A stretch of 63,739 nucleotides of DNA, filler included, from Asterionella formosa (taxonomy: Eukaryota): the NCBI GenBank assembly GCA_002256025.1. It is 29 parts of 29 records of this genome, joined end to end, with 100 filler letters (N's around TTAATTAATTAA, not from the genome) between each part and the next. Parts side by side here need not be neighbours in the genome. Positions count along the whole stretch, not along the records: positions 10,201 to 11,233 come from NKIB01004819.1; positions 11,334 to 27,884 come from NKIB01004820.1; 27 more parts are not named here. One strand, given 5' to 3'. The notes beneath the pieces are model-generated. The model searched no databases. It saw only the letters and a list, made by a program, of their open reading frames with translations, and had not been told where the DNA came from. The position numbers and the translations under genes were made by a program. Of this stretch, positions 10,201-22,294 are shown in pieces. Positions within the stretch are counted from its first letter, which is position 1. The number at the start of each line of letters is the position of its first letter.

Positions 10201-11233
10201 GGAGTTTCCAACACGGCTCCTGGCGCGGCTAATACGACAGGATGCAGTCCGAAATGACCAAGTCCAGTTGTGTGTGTGGGGGGAAGAGGGCAGTCTCAAT
10301 ATATTCTGGGAACGCCTCTCTTACCTCTGTCGTGCATCGACGATTGTTGACCATGTGACGAAAGTGGTTCGGGTCTGGCAGGAATGCAAGGCACGCATCA
10401 GATTCGACATTTGGGTAACAAGCGCCTATGTTGCTACATTCTTGGGGAAGATGGAACCTGGAAAGGCGCGGTATGGGTGGTATTTCCGACACCACATACC
10501 GTATTTGGAGAGGGTGGGACCAATCTTGGCATCTGCGGCCGCAGGTGCTCAGATAAACCCACCCGGATCCCCAACGCCCACGATACCACCAGATGGCTGT
10601 GGGGCACCACTGGTGGTGGGCACCCTTAACATCAACGGGCTGCAGCGGAAAAAAACCGATCTTCGGTTTCTGTTGCAACAAACCCGGTGTGATGTTATGG
10701 CAGTGCAGGAGACGCTGCTCCGATCAACGGATTGGCAGCTTCGTTTGCCAGGTTACCATTGCCTCACAGCAATGGGGGACCTGACAGCGTCGCAGCGAGG
10801 TGTGGCAATACTGGTGTCGACCAAATTCAACTGTACCCCAGTTGGTAAGGCCACACCATTTTGGACTTTTGCGAGAGTCTATGGGGCCACCCTCTTGAGG
10901 CCTATTCTTGTGGGAACAATCTATGTCCCATGCAGAGCGGATCGCATCCGAGTGCTCAGGGCCCTGCCCCGAGCCTTGGACGCTCTACATCGGGAGTTTC
11001 CAGAAGACCCAATTGTGATGATGGGAGACTTCAACATGAAGATGACGGAGTTGCAGATTCTGATGGGACCGTGGCGGCTTCCCTTTCGGGTGTTACCCAT
11101 CCGAGGGGGGGGGCCTCCACTCGCCAAAGCCGGCGGGAGGGACAGCCAACACCTGCCATTGATTTCATCACATATTGTGGTGACACAGTGGCGGCTGTCC
11201 CCCCTGCCAGGGTCCTCGACACATGGGATATTT
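10201..11233 (+). mobile_element. LINE fragment with APE endonuclease, frameshifted at a G9 run (11105-11113)
   Basis: GTLNINGL, DVMAVQET, GVAILV, IYVP and MGDFN motifs; IDFI appears in the shifted frame. The open twin at 53677-54707 has G7. Confidence 0.93.
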
Positions 11234-11333
11234 NNNNNNNNNNNNNNNNNNNNNNNNNNNNNNNNNNNNNNNNNNNNTTAATTAATTAANNNNNNNNNNN
11301 NNNNNNNNNNNNNNNNNNNNNNNNNNNNNNNNN

Positions 11334-11770
11334 GAGAAAATGAACGATCAACATTTATTTTCAAGAATCAGGATTAATTGATCTTAAAAATATGATCAAA
11401 TGATCCTATACACATGAGCATATTCAGTTTTCCGCTGCACTATTGTGGTATTTCCATGATTGAAGTAATTTCCAGCAATTATACAGTACTACCGGTAGGC
11501 CATATGAGTTTTGGTCAATATGTCTATGTACATAAATGTATGATTTCGACCATTTGAAAAATTGGTGATGACTCCCGTTTATTAAGGGGCTTAATTAAAT
11601 CAGCCACTGACTTGTAGGTACAAGAATTGACACAAAACAAAATGAAAAAACTCAACAGGTCGTGGAAAACTATGAACTCATCATGCATTGTATATATTTG
11701 AAATATGTATAATCAAAATTGATATTAGTATACACAGGATGTGCTGTATAATGAGCTTGTTTAAAACTAT
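11334..11770 (+). repeat. AT-rich dispersed repeat, second copy at 46356-46791
   Basis: High-identity direct match over about 435 bp. No ORF. Confidence 0.93.
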
Positions 11771-12720
11771 GCAAATGTTCAACTATGTATAGTACATTTA
11801 AACTTCTTACAAATCTTTATATATATGTATTCATGGCTGAAACATTTGAAATCATGTTTTCATGTTCCTTGTCATGCATACACTTTGCTCCTGAATTGAA
11901 GGATTAACACAGATGATGACGCGGAAAACGAAAGTGATAATAAAGCACAATGAGCGATACTTGCGGCTTAGAAGAGAAGGGCGGAATCAATTGATGGTAA
12001 GTCAAGAGCAGATGCCTTTCATGTTCCTTGTCATGCTGCATCCACTTCCTCAAATGAAGGATCTCAAGCAACACATGATGCGAAAAACTGAAGTGACAAT
12101 ACAGCACGATAAGAATGAGTGAATATGATGGAGAAGGGCGGAATCAACAAGCTGTGCTTAGCATCACGGTTTGTCAAGAGCAAATGCCAAGATGATCAAT
12201 TGCTGGGATTACAAATACGGAATGACTCGTCCCCTTTCAGTGATTCAATAGCTCCTTTTCGATTTGGTGGCTGGTCAACCATCAATGTGGACAAAAGAAA
12301 TCGGTAAGTGCTGCCTATCAGCCATCTTTGGATCAATCCACAACTGTTAGAAAAACTGACACATATGTGTTGCTTCTTTCAGGATAATGGTAGACAAACA
12401 ACAGCAGTATTTGTAAGTTACAAACAGCAGTGTTGGAGCCCATTCATTGATCGATACTTTGCTTCTCATTCAATCTTCGACTGACACATTCTTCTACAGA
12501 AATATGCATCAGTTACTTCCTCAATTTGTGGTAAGTGAAGCAAGATAGAAGCGAAATGAATTTTGTTGTGTAAGCAAAACATGAACAGCTAACAATGAAT
12601 TGCTTCTCTTTGTTAGTATGATTGGGAAAACGAAACGGATTAAATATTACTGGGAAAAGGCATGAATAAAGCTTCAGTGCATATGTTTCCATTGAAACTC
12701 CTATTTTTTACTTCATTTCT

Positions 12721-13210
12721 ACCTACTCGCACCTACCAAGCCTCGAACACAAGAATACTCGCTGGCAGTGTCCACCCTCGGTTGTGTCTTACCCACACGA
12801 CCGAGGGTGGAGACTGCCTGTAAGTATTCTTGTGATCGAGGCTTGGGATGCGCGAGTAGGTTGACCGAACGAGTGGCTGCGAGAAGGTCAACCTGCAAGG
12901 GCCTCCCAAGCCGAGTACACAAGATTACCAGTAGGTAGACTCCTCCCGAGTAGGGAATTACCTAGGCAATTCATAAACTAGCTATCGGCGCGCTTTTCGC
13001 CACCACATTGCCCTTTCAGTTAACATTGAAAACCTATTTTATATAGTTTGTATGTTAGATGCGAACTAGCCAATTGCCCATCATTTAAAACGTATATTCA
13101 ATATTTTATATGTACAGTTTTTGGAATACTTAATCCTGCAATTGCCCATCATATAAAACATATTTTGTTTATTTCATATGCTCCGTTTTTCGACTGCCAA
13201 AATACCTTTA
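12721..13210 (+). repeat. Dispersed structured repeat, copy A: inverted arm, CGAG-periodic rod hairpin, ATTGCCC(ATCAT) repeats
   Basis: Foldback 12721-12861, hairpin 12802-12950, ATTGCCC at about 13008, 13073 and 13141. Homologous in reverse orientation to about 32275-32692. Confidence 0.85.
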
Positions 13211-13425
13211 ATATTTACCTTCAGGAACTGCCATATACTACATCTCGTATTTCGGAGTTTCGGAGTTTCGGAGTTTCCCCTTTCGCTCCCGATGCGGGTA
13301 TAAAATCACGCTTCTATAATGTTGTTGTTAACTATTAACTTCCGTTCTTCCTTCTCTCATCGTTTAAACATCGTTTTGACGCTTTCGTTCATCGATCCTC
13401 TTAGCGAGGTTATTGCATTGTTGAC

Positions 13426-14565
13426 ATGTTTGGGAAGGCCTATTACACTGAAGTTGTCTTGGCCACTGCTATATGCTGTATTTTCAGCCTGTCATGTATG
13501 CTGACGATTGTGTACCAGTACTCGAATGATGCTTATGATGATCTTGCATCTTCAAGAAAGCGATTTATCTCTCTCAATAATGAATCGTTTATTGCCTTAC
13601 CAGCAGCAAAGAATCTAAACTCATCCTGTAATCGGTTTGCTCGTGTTTTGATTTCTTCCAACGTTGGATTTGGCCATAGATTTGGCGAAGTGATAATGGG
13701 GATGAGGCTGGCCCAAATGACGAACGCTACTTTTGTTTTTGATTCCGAGGTTTGGAAACGGCAGGGTATTCATGGAAAATATGAATGGCTCCTTGATCTC
13801 CTCCCCCTCCATGATACGGAGGTGACTTTGTTGGATATAAAGAACAGCAAACTTAAGTTAAGAACTGTAAAAGATCAATTTCCGAACTTGATATCCAGAT
13901 CCAAAGGCGAATTCAATGACTCGTGCAATCTGATGTTTGTCGCATCATGGTCCAGCTGTAATGGTAATTGTTTCCGAAGTTCCTATTCTGGGACATATAA
14001 TGAAGCTAAATGGCGTCTTCGAGAAGCTTATTCAAGAACAAGATTTGAACCCACTGTTCAAATTTTCCATAACTATACTACGCAAGGTATACTTTCAATA
14101 GCTTGGCACATGCGAGGAGGCGACATCGTTTTGCATTCGTCTGAGGAATTCTACAAGAATGTTGCAACTGAGCTTGTGAGTGTCTTGCAAGGTTATTCAT
14201 ACCACGTTTTCTTTTTCGGTGAAGACGTCCTTCGAATATTTCCTTTCATTGCCAACTTTTGCCGCAGTTTTCTCTCTAACCATTGCAGTTTTCCCAATGC
14301 ATCAAATGGTGACACGTTCTATCATTTTGTGGTTGCTGATATATTGGTTACTAGTGGCAGCAGTTTCCCAATAGCTGCCTCTGTCTTCAGGAGTGCACTT
14401 CAACCAACCTTCTCAGTCATGCCAAAAGGAAACTCGCGAACATTTTACATGATGTCAGAGGACATTCCAATAAGTGCGGAAGGTCATTTTGAAGGATCTT
14501 TATCAAGGGATGAAATCAGGGCCCAAATCTCCTCATTTGTTAAATCCAAGAGTCATTGTCCTTAA
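13426..14565 (+). CDS. Type II membrane glycosyltransferase, fucosyltransferase-like (GT-B)
   Basis: Intronless 379 aa. N-terminal signal-anchor, GFGHRF, IAWHMRGGD (HxRxGD nucleotide-sugar motif), ADILVTSGSSF. Confidence 0.75.
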   Translation: MFGKAYYTEVVLATAICCIFSLSCMLTIVYQYSNDAYDDLASSRKRFISLNNESFIALPAAKNLNSSCNRFARVLISSNVGFGHRFGEVIMGMRLAQMTNATFVFDSEVWKRQGIHGKYEWLLDLLPLHDTEVTLLDIKNSKLKLRTVKDQFPNLISRSKGEFNDSCNLMFVASWSSCNGNCFRSSYSGTYNEAKWRLREAYSRTRFEPTVQIFHNYTTQGILSIAWHMRGGDIVLHSSEEFYKNVATELVSVLQGYSYHVFFFGEDVLRIFPFIANFCRSFLSNHCSFPNASNGDTFYHFVVADILVTSGSSFPIAASVFRSALQPTFSVMPKGNSRTFYMMSEDIPISAEGHFEGSLSRDEIRAQISSFVKSKSHCP

Positions 14566-16160
14566 GGCCATTGTTCTCTCCAGGAAAGTCTACTGATTGC
14601 TAACATTGCCCCATTGAAGTTAATGGACAAGTCCAGCAAATAATAAAATAAACATTTCAATCATGTTCGTATTTGATTTAGAATGTTTGAAAATCAGGAA
14701 AACTGATGATGATTTCTCACTTGAAGCCTTGCCTCGTCGAGAGAATGAACTTTGTGTGCGTTTGAACAAAATTTAGAAATGCAATATAAAGTGCAAAGAT
14801 TATGACAATCAACAAACTTTCAAGTTCAAGCCAATGGCACAATATTGGAAGATCAGGATTGATTACTGTATTTTCAATTCCTTACTTGAAATTCAAGCAT
14901 TTCAGACCTCACAGAAGGTGATTAATTTTGCAAGTTGGACTGATATATACGGTCAAAGATCAAGCATAGCGAAGACCAATGAGCACCGAATTTGTATAGT
15001 ACTCCAAAAATAAATAGAGTGACTGATGGCTTTGGTATGTTGCACGAATAAGTGGTATCAATCCTCGTGCACACATCATAGTGATTAGTAAAACCAAAAT
15101 TAGATAGCAAGCAAAAGGTGGGACGAAAATATACAATTGAATTATTCTGGCAAATGTATATACAAATACATGAATTAGGTAAACCTTCATATTGTCATAT
15201 ATTTATTTAGATCGCACATACATTTATTTCGCCAAGTACTAGTAATCATACCAAGTTATGTAGGACAGGCAAGTAATGGTTAATATTAGAAAAGAAACAT
15301 TGCAATCCATCGTCCTTGTAGAACATAAATTAATTCCACTGTATCAAAATATTTTAATATAACGCTTTGAACCTCTACAATGGATAAATACATTATTACA
15401 AACATTTATATCCTTCTTTGTCATTATAAACATTCATATCTTCCATTGTATTGTTTTTTTCCATCCTACTTTGCATGTAGCAATGTTGAGAATAGGTGTT
15501 TCCAAGAAAAATGGGTCTTCATGCATCTGCATTTTGCTTGAGATGGCCATTAGTGAAAATCGAAAAAGGGCCCCAAAATGTTCTTTTAAACATAATTGCC
15601 AATTTTAATCTTGCTATGTAGATTATATGCATGGATCTGTATAGCTTAGGGTGAGCCGCACAATCGGACAATTAAGTCGGAGAAAATTGTAGGAAAATGG
15701 ACCCGGAGAAATTTTAAGGATCAATGCAACTGTTATTAGACAGAGAGAGGAGTACCATGTAGTCCCTCTGGTTGAAAATAATTGCGGCGATTTGCCCTGA
15801 CTCAAGCGCCAAGTAGCGATTTTTGGATGGATCTCATAGAAAAATATAGCATTTTTCTATGTGGTCGGGTTACTCCAGAAATTTCACGTTTGTGAGTTAC
15901 TATATAGATTTTCGTATTAAGTGTTTTTCTGTAATTAAATTAAAAGCCTATGAATAAATTAATCGAAACCAATTCAACATGCTACATAGCTACTGCTATA
16001 TACATTTGGTAAATGTACATATCCCCAAATGCTGTTTTACATCCACCGGCCATTCTAACATTTGCAGTAAGCCAAATAAGACACAAAATAAGACACATCA
16101 CTATCAAAATTAAGACATGAAAGAATTAAAATCATTCCATGTACTTTCTATGGTTGTTAC

Positions 16161-16199
16161 GCGTTGCAGACCTAGCTACGTTAGCTAGGTTTGCAACGC
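16161..16199. repeat. 18-bp-stem hairpin
   Basis: GCGTTGCAGACCTAGCTA-cgt-TAGCTAGGTTTGCAACGC, one G.T pair. Confidence 0.8.
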
Positions 16200-18123
16200 C
16201 CTGTAGGAGATCAGGCCAATTAAATGGAGGTAAGTTATTCACGTTGACCAATCAAATTATACACCTGGAAGCAGGCACTTACAATGAATTTATTTGACAG
16301 GGGATATTAGGACTGAAAACTCCATCACATGAATACTATTCCGATGATGACGTTTCGGCTCAATGTCATTCTGATTCCGATATTTTGGAGACCGTAGAAA
16401 AGGCCGATTTCGTCGAATTTTTGGATGATAATAGCTCAACATCAGCTGGGTCTAAAAGCGATTTAGATAAACAGGTAATGTTCAAATATCATCAGCATAT
16501 ATCTTCCGGGGAGAAACTGCAGAAAGGAAATTCGGTTTTTTCCTAGCTATACCAGCCAAATAAACAGATTTCCCCCGGTTTTCTAGTCTTTTTAGCATAG
16601 TAAAAAAACCGGAAGTTCTTTTTTTGTGGTTTCTTGCCAGATCCTATATCCTGACGACATATAGAGAAAATTTCAGCAAATCCTAGTCATTGTCAGTAGG
16701 TTCTAAACATATAAAGAGATGATTCCTATTTGTATTCGAAGCTACTAGAAGAAGGTTTGCTGAACCGGTTCATCAGTCAGCAAATCCGAGTTGTGTTCAG
16801 AGACTGATTCTGCAAATCGTCATCACTCAATGAGAGTAAATTTTTTCTAAATTAATTAAGAAATATTAATTCCATCGAAAGCTGACCTATATTGTCCAGT
16901 GGTGGGCATTGGACGAATCATTGGGAGCAAGTGAGTCAAAACTGAATGATGTGCTTAAAATGTGCACAAGTACCAGATCTTGTTCCAGGAGACTCAACTC
17001 CTACTACTTATTTTAGTATATTTCTCTTGATGGTTATGGAAGCTGTCTACCTACTTTATGTATGTGGTATTCTGTTTTCGAAGTAACTATTATAGTCTAC
17101 AGGATTAGTGTGTGTACATATAGCTGGGTGCATCATGAAGCTAGCTACATTGGGTAGCCACCACCATAGCTAGTACCAGACAGTTCAACATGATTTAGCT
17201 GTTAGCTTATGTAAAATGTTCTATATAAATAACAATCGTATGTATAAATTTTATGTATACATGCATCTGCGATCTCATTGTTATTGTTGAGTTCATTGAT
17301 GATGACCTTGATATTGAAGTCAGTTGCACAGCAATGGGTGTGAAATTGTTGTTGTAGCTTCATTGTAACCACCATAGGAACTGTACAGTTTCAGCTCCAG
17401 CTTGATGTGGAAAAGCTTAACTGGTAGAGCTTTTCTACATGAAACCATTGGTTGTGTACTAGGCATGGATCTGCATGCCAAACACAAAATGGTTCCTAGA
17501 TAAACCAAGCAAATCATGTCCTCCTGTGCCACTTCCTGTGTTTACTAGTAGCACTGGCTACTCATGGCAGAGATAAGAAGGCTATTTTAAGTGGTGTGGG
17601 AGGTTGTTCTGTTGTTGAGTAAAGCAACAGAATAAAAACGACATGGAGGTTGTGATTACAACCTGCCAATTAAGGCACAAAATATTACATACAATAGGTT
17701 TAGGGTTTAGGCTACCCTAAGTAGGCCTATGTAGAGGGTTTACATCCATCTACCGGTATATCTATGTTATATTTGTACGTACGACCGCTGACACCTGTTT
17801 TAGAATCCGGAAGGAACAGTTCGGTCGCTTCCTATTTCCATTACCTGGAGGGTACCTGGTACCCTGGTACCAGGTACCATGGTACCTGAGCCAAACTTTC
17901 CTTGGTTGACGCCGAGCAGGCCGAGCACCACGTACCTCGTCCTACCAGTACCAGGTACAGTAAAGCACTAACTACTGGTATCGTCGTAGAGCGCTATGAG
18001 ATTCTATGTATACCATGATGCCTGTGAAATCATACTGACGCCTTTGTTTCCTCGACGCAAGGATTCTGAACACCATTGAGCGCAATGAAGGAGCAATACG
18101 AGTCGGGTCATTAATCAATCACA

Positions 18124-21100
18124 ATGAATAGCCCGATGATCGCCGATTCAGGAGCTTTAGCTCACGTGACTTTTCGTGTTCGCTGCGAAACGCTCGGCCA
18201 TGGCGAGGAAGTGTTTTTGGTAAAAGAGGACGATGTCAATCTTGGAAGTGTAAGTTTCGAAGTCTGCTGGCGATAAAATCCAAATAACAGGCGCCGATTT
18301 TCGTCAACACTATTTCTGTGCATGTTTCCATGATTGATATGTTCTATGAGCTCAGTGGCCTACGGTGGGGATCTTGGAGGCTTTCTGTGAAACAACAAAC
18401 AAGTGCAGCGTCATTCTGTGTCGCGAAATGGCGGATTCAGTGACAGCAGCAGCGGGGTAGCCATAGCCGTAGTGACCGCTATCACCAACTCACGTCCGTT
18501 CCGTTCTCATCAATCCCAGATTATCCCATTGTATACCTCAGCTTCCACCTATCCGTGGTATCGCACGATCTCTCCTTTGGCTGTGTCTCTTCCAAGTGAG
18601 CGTTTGCTAAACGACAAATCGATCGAGAAGGAGCTTAAGTGTTACAATTACCGATATGCCATCTTCAGACAGGGTATCTTCTTTCGTTGGGAGCAGCCGC
18701 CTGATGGTCCTGTAGGCGACGACGATGGCGAAGAAAAGGACGAGGACGTTGATATGCAGGAAGTTGAACCGAAGCACATGCTTTTCCTTGGGGTCCTTCA
18801 AAACCGGGAGACATATGTTGTCAACGATGTTCTCGGCGCAAATGGCACCAAACACGTTCTTAATCACATTCGAGAGACCGAGGAACCTATTGTCAAGACT
18901 GTCGACACTCTGGCCTTGACCTCGAAGGATAGTCAAGTATCAATGCACCGCCGCGCTCACAGTAGTGGCAAGCTACCTACGAACCCTAGTGCAAACAGCA
19001 TGGACAAATCAAAGCATCAAAAGCATGTTGGATTTGAACCAATGCCTCCGCCTTTCCATCCTAAGGGTATTCCCATTAACAAGCAGCCAGTACATCTAAA
19101 TTCTACTGATGGCTTGGTCGTTGTAAGTGCCTTTTTGCCGGTAGTCTTGAACAGGACACCAAGTGGAGAATGGACGGCAGACTGGGACTACGAGATGCTG
19201 CTGTCCATGCAAACTCATTTGCGAGTAACCCGTGTCGGTCTCGTCAAGTGGCGAGGATGGCACGGAAATCACGGGGGTGAGGGAAGTCCTGAGGGAGGCG
19301 TTCCTAAAGAAGAGCGCTCGAAGGTTGAGGCCTGTCTGCGTCCCTTTCACTGTGTCCCTGTTTGGGTGTCACCCAAACTCTTTGGGGAAATGTAAGTTGT
19401 GATTTCATTGTCATGTCTTTCTTTGTACGTGTGGTGTGCTCATTCTATAAACAGGTATAACGGATTTTGTAAAGGGGTGTTGTGGCCAATCCTTCACAAT
19501 GTTACTTCGGTCTACGCTTCTCGAGCAGACAAAATGGGAGATGGATTTGACAAGGATGCTGCCAATCCTGAGACCGGCGAATTTTCCGAGTACACAATGG
19601 ATGATGTTGAGCAAGGTCCTATTCACGGAGATGGAGGGCGAGAAGCTGAGCTTTGGTCTTCCTACAATTTAGTCAACCGACAGTTTGCTGATGTTGTTGT
19701 TCAATGCTTTAATGAAGGCGACCTTGTGTGGATTCATGGCTTTCATCTGTTGATTCTTCCTTCTTACCTCACAAGGCGGATCCCCATGGCGAAGATTGGT
19801 ATCTTCTTGCATACCCCATTCCCAAGCTCGGAGATCTTTCGAACTGTGTGGTGCCGTGAGGATCTGCTGCGTGGAATGCTCAATGCTGACCAGGTTGGAT
19901 TTCACTTGTATGAGTACGCAAGGCATTTTTTGACCTGCTGCCGTCGTTTATTGGGAATGAATTACGGTATGATCCCTGACTCAGCAGGTGGCCACACACT
20001 TGCCATTGACTGTAATGGTCGGCATGTTGCGGTCACAAGCATCCATGCAGGGATTGAACCGCCAGTATTGAATCAGATCCTCACTCACAGCGTAACACTG
20101 GAAAAAGCCAACTCAATCCGTCATCAATTCAACGGTAAAGTCATCTTTTGTGCCATTGATAGGCTTGAGTCGCTAAAAGGTATTCCCTTGAAATTGCTTG
20201 GTTTGGAGCGATTTCTTCGTCGGTGCCCAGAATGGGTGGGAAAGCTTGTTCTTGTTCAAGTTGGAATATCTGCTTTTGAACGCGGCGACGATTATGTCAA
20301 GACAAAGAGAGAGGTGTCCGAGTTGGTCAATCGAGTGAATGCTATATGGCCAGGGACTGTCCACTTTCAAGAATGTTCAGAGTCGGAAATGAGATTGCAA
20401 CAGCGCATGGCTCTTCTGCGTGCAGCTGACGTTATCCTGGTAACACCAATTCGTGACGGACTCAATTTAGTTCCATTGGTACGCCTCATATATGTATTTT
20501 AGGCTACTGTGTTTTTTTAACTGACCGCTAATCATCCTTCTTTTCTTTAGGAATTCACAATTGCTCACCAAGATGCTTTGACAGAACTAGGAAAGAAGGA
20601 CGGGAGAAAACGAGGCCTTTGCATCCTTTCTGAGTTCTCCAGTTGTACACGTGTGATGAGAGGTGCCCTACACGTGAATCCTTGGAAGGTTTCTGAAATC
20701 GCAAATGCTTTCCATTGTGCTCTTACCATTAGTGAAGCAGAGCGAATGCGACGCATCAGCTGTGCCCTTGAATTCGTCACTCGTGTAACTACTCAGAGGT
20801 GGGCTCTTGCAGTCATGCTTGACCTCAAGGGTGTAAACAAAAATGTAAATCCGATTCATAACACAGGAGCTGGACTGGGACTTAGTTACCGCCGTCTTGG
20901 CATGGATACCGGGTTTATTGCCTTGGATACAAGCACTGTTATCAAGGGATATAAGAACGCGAGAGCTCGTCTTATCCTTCTGGACTACGGCGGGACAATC
21001 GTCTACAATGACAATGTAAGTTTCGATGCTTGATTTTACATGGAAATGAATGCTGGCTCAATTACTTGTCTTCGTACAGCTTGACAATTTAATGCGTTTT

Positions 21101-22228
21101 CAAATGGTGAAGCAAACACGAGCCCCATCGATCCCAACCAGTGAAATGATCCATGCGATCAAGGAACTATGCGAAGACAAGAGGAACACTGTGTTTGTGG
21201 TGAGCGGAAAAGAACGGCATTCGCTAACAAAGACACTGGGACAAATTCCCAATCTCGGTCTTGCTGCCGAGCACGGAATGTTTATCTCTTGGCCCACAAA
21301 TAAAACATTAGCCAAGCAGCGCCGTTGGGAAACTCTAGTACCGGAAGGAGATCGTTCATGGAGATCGCTAGCTATATCAATCATGGATGTTTACACATCT
21401 CGCACCCACGGAAGCTACATCGAGGAGACGGAGATGAAAGTGCTTTGGCAATATCGCGATGCAGACCCTGAGTTCGGTTACCTTCAGGCTAAGGAACTTG
21501 AGGACCATCTTGCAAATGTGCTGAGAAACTTTGCGGTTGACATTCTTCACGGCGGTGTAGAGGAAGGAGGATATGTTGAAGTTCGACCGAAAGGTGTTAA
21601 CAAGGGTGTTTTGGCTATGCATGTTCTTCATAATTTCCCTGCCATTTCAAACAACAAGGCTAAAGTTGATTTCGCTCTTGTCTTAGGAGATGATCATTGC
21701 GATGAACCGATGCTATCTGTTGTTCGTCAAATTGGACGGCGTGTACAAGCAGCCAAGCGCGCAAAACGAGGAGACGAACCATTGCCAGAATTACCTGCAG
21801 GAATCACTCTTGTGGATGTTTCATCTTGCGACAACTTTATCTCTCCAGACCTTCAGGTTTTCACATGTACTGTTGGAAAGAAGCCGAGTGCAGCGGCCAG
21901 TTACCTCCACGAAGTTGGCGAAGTACAAGAGCTGATTGAGAGTCTTGTTAAAGTGTCTTCTCGCGACCAGAAACACTACTCGTATGTGGACCTGACATCG
22001 TGTAGCGGACATAATAGGAAGAATTCGGGACTTTTATTGAAGTCAGATCAGGAAACAGTCAGCACAGGGGTCACAAAGTCACGAAGCCTTTCTGAAATGG
22101 CCTCCCACCCTTCTGATATTCCTTCCAAGACAGAAGTCAAAGTCAGCAACAGCCTCAGTGATTATCTTGGTCTCAACACTATTGAAGACGAAATACCTGA
22201 TGAAGATGATGACCCTTTCTTTTTTTAG
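18124..22228 (+). CDS. TPS: Trehalose-6-phosphate synthase/phosphatase fusion with N-terminal CBM20-like domain; exons 18124-18249, 18520-19391, 19455-20478, 20551-21015, 21080-22228
   Basis: Four GT-AG introns that preserve frame. YNGFCKGVLWP, FLHTPFPSSEIFR, DRLESLKG, RDGLNLV.LEF, LSEF, VNPW (GT20). LDYGGT, VVSG, LAAEHG, VEVRPKGVNKG, GDD..DE (HAD/TPP). VTFRVRCETLGHGEEVFLV (CBM20-like). Confidence 0.95.
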
Positions 22229-22294
22229 GTTGGACGATAACTATCAAGTCCAAATTATTTTCATTAGCCTCTCTTATTAGTTGGTTGTACGATA

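Noticed and set aside
11105..11113. Programmed frameshift in the LINE endonuclease
   Set aside because: The twin copy has G7 and an open frame. Homopolymer slippage or error explains it.
17695..17720. Telomere-like TTTAGGG units (also TAACCC twice at about 44666)
   Set aside because: Only 2-3 imperfect units, internal. The second case is part of an LTR.
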